NCBI GenBank assembly: GCA_028534125.1
Contig: CM052818.1
Coordinates: forward strand, 16,494,001-16,558,000
Source: Lama glama
Taxonomy: Eukaryota
Direction of reading: 5' to 3'
Length of the DNA: 64,000 nucleotides
Shown here: piece by piece, positions 12,221-24,025 of the stretch
Layout: every line of letters starts with the position of its first letter
Numbering within the stretch: position 1 is the stretch's first letter
The notes under the pieces: model-generated
Database searches by the model: none
Told to the model about the DNA's origin: nothing
Seen by the model: only the letters and a program-made list of their open reading frames with translations
Program-made: the position numbers and the translations under genes

Positions 12221-14146
12221 TTTTTTTAATTGTATTAACACAGCATGAGATATACCCTCTTAACACATTTTTAAGTGTACAATATAGTATTTTTAACTAC
12301 TGACATAGTGTCATACAGTAAGTCTCTAGAACTTATCTTCTTGTATAACTGATATTTTATACCTACTAAATAGCAACTCCCCATTTTCTCCTCCTCTCTG
12401 CTGCCCCTGTAAACTACCATTCTACTCTCTGCTTCTATGTGTTTGACTGTTTTAGATAACTGAAATAAGTTGAATTATGTGGTATTTGTCCTTCTGTGAC
12501 TGGCTTATTTCACATAGCATAATGTCCTCAATTCCATCTATGTGGTTACATTTGGCAGACTTTCCTTTGTTTAAAGGCTGGATAGTAATCAGTTGTGTAT
12601 ATATATGTACCACATTTTCTTCATCCTTTCATCTTCAATGGACATTTAGATTGTTTACACCTCGTGGCTATTGTGAATAATGCTGCAGAGAACCTAAGAG
12701 TGTTAGTATCTCTTCAAAATCCTGATTTCAATTATTTTGGATAAATAACCCAAAAGTGGGGTTGTTGGATCCTATGGTATTTCCTATTTTCAGTATTTTG
12801 AGGAAACTCTGTACTCTTTCCATGATAGCTAGCAATTTACATTCCTACCAATATGGTGGTTTGCAAATACTTTTACCAGTTCCATAGATTACCTCTTCAC
12901 TCTATGTTATATATTTTATCTGCTGGGCAGAAACTTCTTAGTTTGATGTAGTCCTCTTATCTATTATTGCTTTTGTCTCCTGTGTTTTTGGTGTCATATC
13001 CAAAAAATCATTCCTAAGACCAAGCCATTAATTTTCCTCCTATGTTTTCTTCTAGGAGTTTTACAGTTTCAGGTCTTACATTTAAATCAAATGTGTTTTG
13101 AGTTGGTTTGTGTGTGTGGTATGATAAGTGTACAATTTCATTTTTTGCATGTGGATTTCCAGTTGTCCCAACATTTATTGAAGAGACTATCCTTTACCCA
13201 TTGTGTATTTTTGACACCCTTGTTAAAGATCCATTGACCATATATGCGTAAGTTTATTTCTGGTTCACTTTTCCATTCTATTTATCTGTAAGTCTGTTTT
13301 TCTACCAGTATCATTCTGTTTTAATTGCTGTAGCTTTGTACAGTCATCCCCTATTATACATGGGTGATAGGTTCCAGAACCCTTATGAATACCAAATGCC
13401 ATAGATGTTCAAGTCCCTCATGTGAAATGACATAGTACAGTCGGCCCTCCGTATCTGCAGATTCTGCACCCACAGATATGGAGGGATAACTGTAATATAT
13501 TTTGAAATCAGGAATTATTATTTCTGAAATACTTCCAGCTTTGTTTTCCTTTCTCAAAATTGTTTTGGCTATTTAGAGTTTTTGTGGTTCTATATGAATT
13601 TTAGATTTTTTTCTCTATTTCTGTAAAAATTGTTATTGGGATTATGACAGTGACTACGTTAAATATGTAGATTATTTTGGGTAATGTGGACATTTTATAT
13701 ATTCTGTGTCTTCCAGTTCATGAACACAAAATGTATTTTCATTTATTTGTGTCGTCTTTAATTTCTTGCATCAATGTTTTATAGTGTTTTCAGTGTACGA
13801 GTCTTTCATAACCTCAAAGTCTACTCCTAAGGATTTTCTTCTTTTTGATGCTATTATAAATGCGATTGTTACTCTTTTTTTCTGATAGTTTGTTGTTAAT
13901 GTATGGAAATACAACTGTTTTTTGTATGTCAATTTTGTATCTTGCAATTTTACTGTATTTGTTTATTAGTTCTAATAGTATTTTCTTTTCCCCTGGAATA
14001 GTTAGGGTTTTCTACATGTAAGATTATGTCATCTGAAAACAGAGATAATTTCACTTCTTCCTTTCTGATTTGGATGCCTTCTATTTCTTTTCATTGCCCA
14101 GTTGCTTTGGTTAGGATTCCCTATACCATGTTGAATAGAAGTGGTA
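12221..14146 (-). mobile_element. 5'-truncated L1 (L1MA-type 3' UTR plus ORF2 remnant), interrupted by a MITE
   Basis: T-tail at 12221; 3' UTR 'tttaagtgtacaatatagtatt...tctctagaactt'; antisense ORF2 colinear with the L1 at 26.3-28.6 kb up to 'ttgaatagaagtggt'. ORF 13354..13557 begins with ORF2-like MRKENKAG..IIIPDFKIYY. Confidence 0.93.
13341..13492. mobile_element. Tc1/mariner Tigger-derived MITE (MER2-like), 152 bp
   Basis: Termini cagtcatccc.../...gggataactg, TA duplication at 13339-13340 and 13493-13494; internal 'ggttccagaaccc...gatgttcaagtccct' like MER2. L1 reads continuously after excision. Confidence 0.9.
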
Positions 14147-14154
14147 ATACTGGT

Positions 14155-14345
14155 TTGATAGGTTCTTAATACATGTCAGCCACTGTGCTTGTCAGGTTAT
14201 GTCATCTCAAGATTTAAAACAACCTTCCAAAGTAAGAATAGTTTCCCTTGACATTTTGGGCAATTAAGGCTAAGAGAAGATGAGGTATTTGTGGAAAATC
14301 TCTCAGGTAAGAAGTAATGGAGCTGAATTCAAATCCAGCAAATTT
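14155..14345 (-). mobile_element. MIR SINE (remainder of a copy split by the L1; short left piece at ~12195-12220)
   Basis: 'atgtcagccactgtgct...acaaccttccaaagta...aattaaggctaagagaa...ggagctgaattcaaatccag'. Confidence 0.65.
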
Positions 14346-16261
14346 GAAACTCCCTGAAATAAATTCACGTGAGAATTAAAGATGGCTAGATAAACAAGTC
14401 CTGGCACCATTAGGAAGACTTTCCCAAGAAATACAATTTTGAAACTAAGCCTTCACTGATTTCCCCCACCCCTTCCATTTTGATGGACACAGATGTAAGG
14501 TAGACTTGTCATCTGTGTTTTTGGTGTTATATCTTGTACACTTCAATTTAGGGAGCATCTTAAGTGTCTCTAAAAAGTATCACTTTTAAAAAATACCTCT
14601 AATTAAAGTGTATATTTACTTGATAGGCTATGTATTTTCTCACCAGTGGTACCAGTAAGTAATTCCATTGGCATCCAAAGCTTTTCCAGTTTTGCCTCTC
14701 ACAGACATTCAGGGTTTTTTATCTGCTACAACACCTAGGTGAGGTTAATTATGATTCTGTAATTGAACCAAAGAGTTTATGCCACTATAGTGAGAAAAGA
14801 TCTTCAAAACAGTTTGTATTTGTTGTGATTCAATTCAACTTATAACTTAATTCCACTGGGCCCTCAAGCTAAACATAATAAAGAATAACTGCTATCTGGT
14901 AGTCTCCAGCAATATGGATTCAGAAGAAAATGTTTAATTCTTAAGATCTATGTACCTGTATCTCTGTACTTGAAAATCTAATTTTCTAGTATTTGTTTCC
15001 TTTTCTCCATTTTAGCTAACTCAGCTTTAGATTATACTCTCAACAGATCTCACTTATACAATTGAGTTAGTTTCCTAAATTATCTCTCTTCCTTTAATCT
15101 CCAACATGTCTAATTAGTTCTTTGTACAATAACCAATGATATATTCTTTTCTAAAACACAAAAGTCATCTGCTCAGAAAACATACAGTGCTTTCCATGGC
15201 CAACGCACTAAAGTTTAAAAATCTACTTTCCAGACATCAGTTTCTAGCAATATAATGAACTAGGTACATAACTCTATTTGTGTGACTAACATTTACAGAG
15301 AAAATTATTTTAATTATCATTTTAAGTGTATCATTGAACTTAGAAAGTAAGACTAAAACTGAAAAAAGATGAAAATTCCGATAGATAGGCAAGGCATGAA
15401 AGCCACATTTACTATTGAAAGTATTTGATGAATAGGGTTAAGTGACTTCAATGAATCTAGGGTGTAAGAGACAAAAATCAAGGTGTAGCCAAAATAGAAA
15501 GTCTGGTAGGATATCACCATCCAGAAAAGGTGAACCAGAAATAAATCAGCACTACCTTCTCATTTGTACCACAAAGGACCGGAAAATTGTCCATTTAAGA
15601 ACCTGACACAAAGGAGGAGGATGGAGGGGTTCCTCTCCACATAATTTTCTTGAGGGTACAGCACCACAGTTCAAAGTTTAAACAAGCAATTTCTTGCTTC
15701 TTAATTTCACTATTTTAGATAATGTATATTAAGATTATTTTATCTTTTACTCTTATTTTAACAACTTATTTTAACATTTAAGTTGAATAACTGGTCACGT
15801 GAATTAGGTAGTGGACATCTGTTGATCAGCTTGATCATCATGCATTTCCCATTATTGTGGCCCATGCCACTCTGGTTTTCATTAGGAATTCACTTCTCTC
15901 CAATCATTAATCCGTGTGTTTGGGGTGAGACTTCTTTCATATACCCACCCACTCCCATCCCTACTGCATTTCTATTTCCCACAATGTTGCTTTATTGATG
16001 TATTTCATTCAGTTCTGAAACATAAATTGTAATAATTAACAAGGAGACTTTGTCTCTCCCATAGAGTTTACTCAGTTCTTACAATGTGTACCTTCAAATT
16101 CAAAGGCTACCAAATGAAGAAAACCTGCCCAAGTAGCAAAAACAGAAAAAAAAAAAAAGACTCAATGATAAAGATAGATTATAGATATAGATACTAGGAT
16201 AATAGCCTAAGGAATCTACTGAGGCTCTTTAAATCCAACAACTTCTAAAGATAGGTTGAGA

Positions 16262-16810
16262 AAGCTGTTCAAGATATTGGTAGAAGAAAAACCTGAACTT
16301 ACTTCCTTCCACAGACACAACAAGTATACATCTGCATATGGGTTGATTCCCTCTGGAAAGAAAAACGTGAGAACTGTCTGAACATCTGCTCCACAACAAA
16401 GAATAAAAAAGACTATGGGAGAGGCAGAGAAATGCTGTCACCAAAAACCCCAACCCCGTGGCATGGTGACACACAGTAGGGAGGTATCTCATCAGAAGAG
16501 TTCCTCTCCTGGAGGAGAGCAGAATGGGTGCCTCATAAAATGCACTCTGGCCCCTGCTGTCTACACTGAGGACACAATCTCCCAAATCACCTGGCTTAGA
16601 AAAGCAACAGGGTTGATGTCCAACAGTTCCAAAATTTTATAGAAAACTAAGACTCCTTTCTTAAAGGGCTTGTGTATGGTCTCACTCAGGGCAAGACCCA
16701 GTGAAATAATAGCAGTTTGAAAAGTGCTGAGACCATGTGTGAAGGAGAATCATTTGCATATCTAAAAGCATCCCCTGAAGGGGTTGGGAATGGTTGAAAT
16801 GCTCCCCAGA
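16262..16810 (+). mobile_element. Isolated L1 5' UTR fragment
   Basis: 'tcaagatattggtagaagaaaaacctgaacttacttccttccacagacacaacaagtatacatctgcatatggg' is homologous to the reverse complement of 36530-36606 and to Laurasiatherian L1 5' ends. Confidence 0.7.
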
Positions 16811-17855
16811 GATGCGATAGATAAAGATGTTTTGCATTGGCCAAGCTTTATGGTATATTATCCTTTATAGAGGTTGTCTTATGAGGGCCATTTTTTGATA
16901 AGAGTTTTTTGTGTTCACAAGTGAAAATGGATTAAGGCATGAACGTTGTTGTTTTATGAAATTAGCCTGATAAAAACTATCAGGAATTATATTTCCTTGC
17001 CTAAGGTTTTGTGCACACACACGTACACACATACACATTCCTAATCAAGTTTATTTCACCCCTTAGTCCAGGAAGCGGTAAATTAAACCAACATAGAAAT
17101 CACTCTGACTGTTCTTTCTTTTTGGATCTGAAAAACATTGATATAATTCTATCCTGACATTCTTCATTTTAATAACCTCCTGGATTTATTGTTTTTGTTC
17201 TGAAAGATTATAGGATTCTTGGGAAAATGTGTGTAGCAACAAGGATTTCTAGAAACGGGGACTCTAGTTTTCCAAATACATGTGTTGGAGGTAGCTGCAG
17301 TACAGTGTTAGTACTTGATTGTTTTTAGTTCTTACAGTGGTTTAGTATAGTGACCTAAGAAGTCAGCTTACAGTAGTTTTTGCAGAAATAAAGGATAGTT
17401 TTGTTAAGGGCCAAGCTTATACTTTACATATTTTAACTGCAACTCAAAATACAGCCCTATTTCTTACAAGTGTATCATTTCCTTACTTTACAATGTTAGA
17501 GGAAATATATATATTTTTTGCTGCTCTTTCAGTGGACCAGTTGTGAAACAATCTAAGCCTGAATATTGAAATAATGCTTTCAGTAAAATTGCAAAGGGAG
17601 TCAACAACCAAGGGAGCTGTAATTAGATTTTTGTTACTGCCATTTCTCTAAATAAGCTGGCTGACAAGAATTCAAATTTTCTTTATCAATATCTCTAGAC
17701 AACAAAAATAAACTTAGCCTGAGAATTGTTTGTCCTTCTATTTGAAATACATTTAATCTAATTATATTTATGTAACTTTAGAAAGGTCTTTGTTTTTATC
17801 CTCAGGTTATTTCACACACCTTCTAGTAAGATATTGTCACAAAAAGTTTTGATAG

Positions 17856-18267
17856 TGTTACTGAAAAATCAGCCTCTGCACCTCAAAAAGCAAATTCAAA
17901 CTCGGAGGCAGTTTGGGGAGCAAAGAAAAGAGCAGCTTTATTGCTTTGCCTGGCAAAGCGAGTCATAGCAGGCTAATGCCTCAAAGACTGTGATCCCATC
18001 TTGGGGTTGGGGTCTTGAAGTTTTATAGAAAAACTGGATGGAACAGAAATAACAATCAGGACATTTTACAGGGTGCTACATTCCTCTTAAGTTCAGTGAA
18101 TTGTCAGGAAGAACTCTGGAGGATCTGTCCATTCTTCCAAGATTATCAGCCTGTTATCTCCTTCCTGGAGCATAGCTCTGGGTTAAAGTTATTCTCAGTA
18201 AAGAATGAATCAGCAAACAATTTTCCCTCAGGGAAGTCAGTTTGTTAGTTTGCTTTATAATCCTTCA
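17856..18267 (-). mobile_element. ERV1-type solo LTR, 412 bp
   Basis: TG...CA termini (tgttact.../...atccttca); 4-bp flanks atag/ataa consistent with a degenerate TSD; 'ctttattg' gives AATAAA on the minus strand ~80 bp from the end. Confidence 0.8.
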
Positions 18268-18459
18268 ATAAGGGAAAGAAGGAAGCTAAAAGAAGTTTCA
18301 TGACTATCCATTGTATTCACTCAAATTCTTAGTCCTCTTTTACCATTGCCATATTTAAAAAGTATGGTGTTGAGCTGTTCGGGCTAGAAGGAGGTAACAG
18401 TATAAACTGAAGTCTTATACAACTTTCTATCTAGTTGAAGAACTAGAACAAGAACATAC

Positions 18460-18943
18460 TGAGACCAAAAAGGCCCTTGCATCCCCTCAGCTTGACTAAA
18501 CTTTAAGCTGTTGTCTTCCTTACTGTAGGCCCCTGCCCTCCCTTTCCTTAGAGCATTTACTTCAGAAAACTTTTAATCCTAAATTATTTTTTTAACCCTT
18601 TAAGGTATAATTTTCTCACATCTTTTGGCCAGTGTTACAACTCAGGGATATCTCTCTGAAGGGCCTAAGAGCCAACCCTTTGGAATGTAATTAAGAGAGA
18701 CAAGCCTATCTCCCAGTCTTTGTGGGAGGGTAGGAGCTTAACTCTGATAAGCAACAGTTAGCAAAGCAAGTAGCCTAATCCCAGTGACCAACCTCCCCTC
18801 TAACTTCCTTCAGTACTTTTCAGCTAGCTCATCCAAGCACTTAAAAACTCCCCTACTTTTGAGTTCAGGCTCTTTTCCCTATTGCAATAGTCTTAAAGTC
18901 TTCCTTGCCTGTGTGACTTATCCAGTACACTTTTTATTGGTTA
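18460..18943 (+). mobile_element. ERV1 MER4-group solo LTR (MER67/MER31-like)
   Basis: 'tcagcttgactaaacttta...ggcccctgccctccctttccttagagcatttacttcagaaaactt...gggagggtaggagcttaact...ttgcaatagtcttaaagtcttccttgcc'. Confidence 0.75.
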
Positions 18944-18964
18944 ATAAAAAGAAAAGTTTTAGAA

Positions 18965-19513
18965 TGTGTAATGAACACTTCTCACTTGCAGCTGCCCCAT
19001 TTCTGAATCCTTTCCGTTTGGGGAGATCTTTAGAAAGAAAGACAAGTTTTATCTCTCACTATGAAAACTGAAGAGGGGGGCATATTTGTTGTCTTCTAGG
19101 TCCTTGGCAGCTAAAATGTGGGTCTCTGACCTAACCTTACCCTGGGCTACTCTGTGCTGAGACTTTAACTGGAGTGGTTTACGCAAATAAGCAGGAGTCA
19201 GTCTGGAAACCATTTCAGAAGCAGGAGCAGTGGTGGTAAATGCGGCATCCTGTCTGAAGCAGCAGTGCCACTAATGACCCTATGGCCATAGCTGTGCCCA
19301 CAACTCTCTCCTGTGGTCATGAAGGATGACAGGACTGCAGTAGTTGTTCTGGTGGCTAGTCTCTCTCAACCTGTGCTTAATTTTTGGACCTGGTTCTTCA
19401 ATTTTCTATCAGATTTGTGCAATCTGAGGTACTTCTCAAATATGTTCAATTCTCTTCAAATTATCTAAAGTCAGTTTGTTTGTTTGTTTTTGTAACCAAA
19501 AGCATAACTAATA
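18965..19513 (+). mobile_element. ERVL solo LTR (LTR33/LTR16-like)
   Basis: 'ccttggcagctaaaatgtggg...ctgagacttt' and 3' end 'aaagtcagtttg...tgtaaccaaaagcataactaata'. Confidence 0.55.
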
Positions 19514-20310
19514 GAGATGACTAAAGCAATAAAGGCCAAAGTGGCTATGTGAGATGCAGCAGTTGTGTCACTGGGATTGTGACTGAGAAACCCCTTCTAC
19601 TTCTTGTTCTGCAATCCCCGGTTGTACGTGGGTCGAATCACTAGGTGAGCCCCTTTATCTCTTTAGCCCTCCATTGCTTTATCTGACAAATAATGACAAA
19701 GGTCAGGATTCCTTCAATCCCTGATGTTCATAGAGTGCAAATCAGTGATATTATTATAGGAAGAGTATTATAGAAAGTTGAAAGTGGGAGAAATAATTGT
19801 GAGCTTACATGGACAAGAAAAGGCTCCAAAAGCCAAGCTTTTCTAGCATACACTTATATATTTTATTAGATGCTTATTCAAGCATGTTTTCTGGCTATAT
19901 ACAGGAAATTTTGAAAGATAAAAATAAACATTACTTACAGATGACTTTTACATTGAACTATGTTGTAGAGGTAAAAGGAGAAGCTACAATTTAGGGCAGC
20001 TTTTTTGGCAGTGGAAGTGGAGGCTACATCCATTGTTTCTATTATTAATCAATCAACTTTTTATTAAGAGTCTGCCACCAGTAAAACATTATGTAATGGG
20101 TGACACAAGGAGATAATATAATGTTCTCCCTGCCCTTCAGAAATAAATGAATGATGATAAATACTACAAGTCAAATTTCTCCCTAACGACCAGTGTATAA
20201 TTCTACCATGTATTCCCTGAAAGCCCAAACAGAGGAAGCTTGATTCTCTTCCTGTTTCTCATATGTCTTGATACAAAGATACAAGCTTAACACATCACTT
20301 TATGTTATCT

Positions 20311-20555
20311 AGTGTGGTACATTGACCTAGCACATGAGTCTGGCATTTATAGACATGGCTTCAAGTGTTGACATCACAAATTTATGACTTGAAGTCATTT
20401 ACTTTCATGAAACTTCAGTTTCCTCATCTACCAAAAAGAAATGATAGTCATATTTAGTGTCTAGGATTGTTGTGCAGATCAAATAAAATAATATGTATAA
20501 AGATCAAAGTGCTTCATATTCAGTGAATGCTTAGTGAATAGTTTAATATTATAAT
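20311..20555 (+). mobile_element. MIR SINE
   Basis: Core 'cttcagtttcctcatctaccaaaaagaaatgatagt...ggattgttgtgcagatcaaataaaataatatgtataaag'. Confidence 0.85.
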
Positions 20556-21878
20556 TTTTCATTATGTGTAAATCTTAAGTCATTTCTATGACTCATTAGG
20601 TAACATAAATTGAGAATATCGTAAAGCTAGAAATAAGCTCCAAAGGGACTATGGAAAAATTGGAGGACATCAAATCCTACTTAAAAGTTGATTAATATAG
20701 ATCCTGTGAGGATGCAGGTGGAAAGAATTAGTGGAAGATGGAAATTTCTGATCTTGAAATTTATACATATTTTAGAGTTCTCTCCAAGTATGAGCTCAAG
20801 GAAAGAGAAAATTTACAGCCAAGTCTATGTACATTGTTACCTAGGAAACCAAGTCATGCAGTGTATTTAACAAACATCAGTTAAAAAAAAAGTCTAAAGT
20901 GTGTTTCCCAAACCTAGAACAATTCCTGAAGGACTTACAGGACTTACCTGTGACTTCTTACAGGTACTTCAAGGAAAAACAAAAATGTGAAAATTTATTA
21001 TTGCCTTACAAAAAAATATAAATTGCTACAAAGTTGTGGAACTCATTGATGTGACATTAATAAAAGAATCCAAAGAATTTCAAAACCAGCCATCTTTTTA
21101 AGTAAGTGAGACTAAGAACTGGAAAGCTGTAGCCATTGTCTAGCCAGTGTCTCTTGCACACTTCTCCTTTCTCTCCTCTCGCTCTTCCCCGTGCTTTTCT
21201 GCTTCAATTGCACATCCATTCATCCTCTGTAATAAACTGGATTTATACACTTTTCCATGTATAAAGCAGCTCTTCCCCATCTCCATCTATCAGGTTTGCA
21301 TAACTAAAGTCCAAGCAAACAGCTGAGGATGAGTTAAAATCTTTCTCATTTCTAATTCCTAGGAATGAGAGTCTCAGTAGCTTACCATCTATTGCCAGAA
21401 AATAGGACTGTGTAAGACAACCCTAGTTGTGCTGTTTTATTTTTCTGGAATGTAGGAATAGTGGGAGGTTGAATGGATATGTTCTCAGAGGAAAGGGTAT
21501 TATTAGGACCTGGCAGGCATCACAAATGATGTTTACTTTTTGTAACTTCAGTAGAATAATTACATTTTTAATTATGTCAGGCTACTAGAAATTCAGTAAC
21601 TGGCCAGCCAACAATTTTTGACTTACAAGAATTCTAAATTTAGCTGTGAGGATTAAGAAAGACAGATTATGGGAGTAAATTAAGGGTCTTCACAATTAAA
21701 ACAACAATAAGCATTTAAGAGAAAAAAATGACTCTTGAAAAACAAATATACCAGAAGGTACAAAACTTTATATCTTGTCTACTTTACCTTTACAATTGGT
21801 ATGGTTTGCATGAACCTTCTGCTGATCCAAACATACTCTAAAGTAGAAAATGAGGTAGGGGGTTGCTTACTATTTGGA

Positions 21879-21983
21879 GGGGAGGGTATAGGTCAGGGGT
21901 AGAGCACATGCTTAGCATGCACAAGGAGATACTGTATTCAATCCCCAGTACTTCCATTAAAGAAATAAAACAACATTTAAAAA
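21879..21983 (+). mobile_element. tRNA-derived camelid SINE (Vic-1-like)
   Basis: 'ggggagggtataggtcaggggtagagcacatgcttagcatgcac...ttcaatccccagtacttccatt' with decayed Pol III A/B boxes, A-rich tail and 11-bp TSD agaaaatgagg (21845-21855, 21984-21994). Confidence 0.88.
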
Positions 21984-23917
21984 AGAAAATGAGGGATTTA
22001 ATGTAAATTCTGTACCTATTTTATCACTTTAGCCATTGTAAGTTAAATGATGCTGACTCACTTTAAAAATTAGTTGGAAGTCTCCCTTTGGGATATATGT
22101 AAAAAGGAATTCCCTCAAGTCCATGATGATCAATTTAAAGTGAAAGTAAGTTGAGTTAAATTTCATAAAGTACTTATTTTTCATTAGACCACAAAATCAT
22201 AAGAAAAAGTAAAATCTCAATTTTACAACAATGCTTTTTCCTTTTCTAATAAATATATTTTTACTTAGGAAAGCTTTTTCAGGATTATCTAGTTATAAAT
22301 GACAGTATTATACATGTTAAGTATAGCCCAAAATGTTTGGCAAACATTTGCATTATATGTCTTATATTTAGTTAGAAAGGCAATTAAAATAGAAAGAAAA
22401 TAAAGTATGTAAAATATCCCTCTGTACATACATACAAGTGGATTTATTCCCTATTCTGAGAAGAGATTTAGAGGAAACATTTATATTTAAAAAAATTAGA
22501 AAAGCATTGAAGATTATTTCAAAGAATATTTATGTTTCTTTGAAATGATTTATTAATGAGATTTTCAGAACTCTGTGATGCTGAAGATGATCTAAGGCCC
22601 GAGTTAGTAATATAATCACGGCGCTACATGCACAGGCATTTGGTTACAAAGCAGGAAGCAGGATGTCTGTTCGTCACTATCCCTGGTAAGAGGATAATAA
22701 GATTTCTGTGAAAGACCCATTCAAATTACAGTGACTGTGTGGTTTCCTTTCATCACTTATTGATCAGTGTTGTAGGGCCCTCATTTCTTTATAATATGTA
22801 AAGGACTACTTGAGAGCAAGAATTGTAGTTAGTACTGTTTCCACTTACACTTACCAAGTGGATTTAATGGACATTAAAGATTGAACACACTGTAATAACA
22901 TATTTCCTCATTGTTTAATCATTAATAATACTTGACAGAACTTCATACATGTTTTAACGTCCAGCTTAAATTTTTAATGATGTGAACATTCTATAAAGAT
23001 CCAATAGTATCTTAAATAATACTTAACTAATAAGCATGGGAGAGCAGTATTTACAAAAGATAGACTAAATGCTATGCTATGCTGGCTTTACACCATGTTT
23101 TTAATCTTGATCTTTGTTAAGTTCACAATTCTAATTTAGAATAAATGAGCAACTAGCTCATATTGGCAAGAGGATAATAGTGGGAATTGCTAGAGATTTT
23201 TTAAATTCTCAGGCTATAATATTTTACTCTGCTTTCATTTGTTGAAGAGATTTGTACTGAGTTCTGATTGAGACTTGAACCTCAAACTATCTCAGCTTTG
23301 AGCTACAGGACAATGTTGTTTTGAGGAAATTGCATAACTCAGTGGTTTCATATCAATGAACGTCTCTAATTAGTGCATATTCAGTACTATAAGAGCATAG
23401 CAGAGGTGGCACAAAAACAGGACAGTTTATAGTAATGAGTGAAAAATAGTTAAAACATACTTTGTTTAATAAGATATTCAAGGCAAAATATACAAATGAA
23501 TAATTAACTAAAAAATCCCACTGATGATGCTCCAGTTCCGTGACTTGAGTAGTTTCAACATGCCACTGAAGATCAAGGTCAGACTACACCAGTGAAGCAT
23601 TTGGGTATTATCTTGGTCAGCTTCAGCACAACACTGATATGAGTCTACATTTAGGTATGAAATGTCGTAACTTAGCATTTCTAAAACAAAGTGAAAACCA
23701 TTTTCACATAAAAATGCAAGTATGCCTAAGAGAGACAATAGGATCAAATATTTTAAATAAAATATATTTTAGTTTGTTTCTATGTACTCATGGGAGTACA
23801 CAGTAAGTATACTTATGGAATAGTTTATAACCTCAAGAAAACTAACCTTCCCACCCAATAACCAGGCACTGTGGAATTTGACCACAGTGCTGGTTAGAGT
23901 TTAGTTAACTGAGGATT

Positions 23918-24025
23918 CTGCAAAGATTTTTAACCTGGAGCCCGTGAAATCACGAGTTCTTTTGATAGAGATTTAAGGAGTTCATGAACTTGAGGGAGAA
24001 ATTTTTACATCATTATTTTCTGTAT
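23918..24025. mobile_element. hAT-Charlie-like DNA transposon end fragment
   Basis: 'caaagatttttaacctggag...gatagagatttaaggagttcatgaacttg...ttacatcattattttc' resembles a recalled Chap1/Charlie terminus. Confidence 0.4.

Noticed and set aside
21879..21955. tRNA gene
   Set aside because: Degenerate A/B boxes, no clean acceptor stem, A-rich tail and TSD indicate a SINE.
23518..23575. Box C/D snoRNA (tgatga...ctga)
   Set aside because: C box lacks the leading purine, spacing is short and there is no convincing terminal stem.
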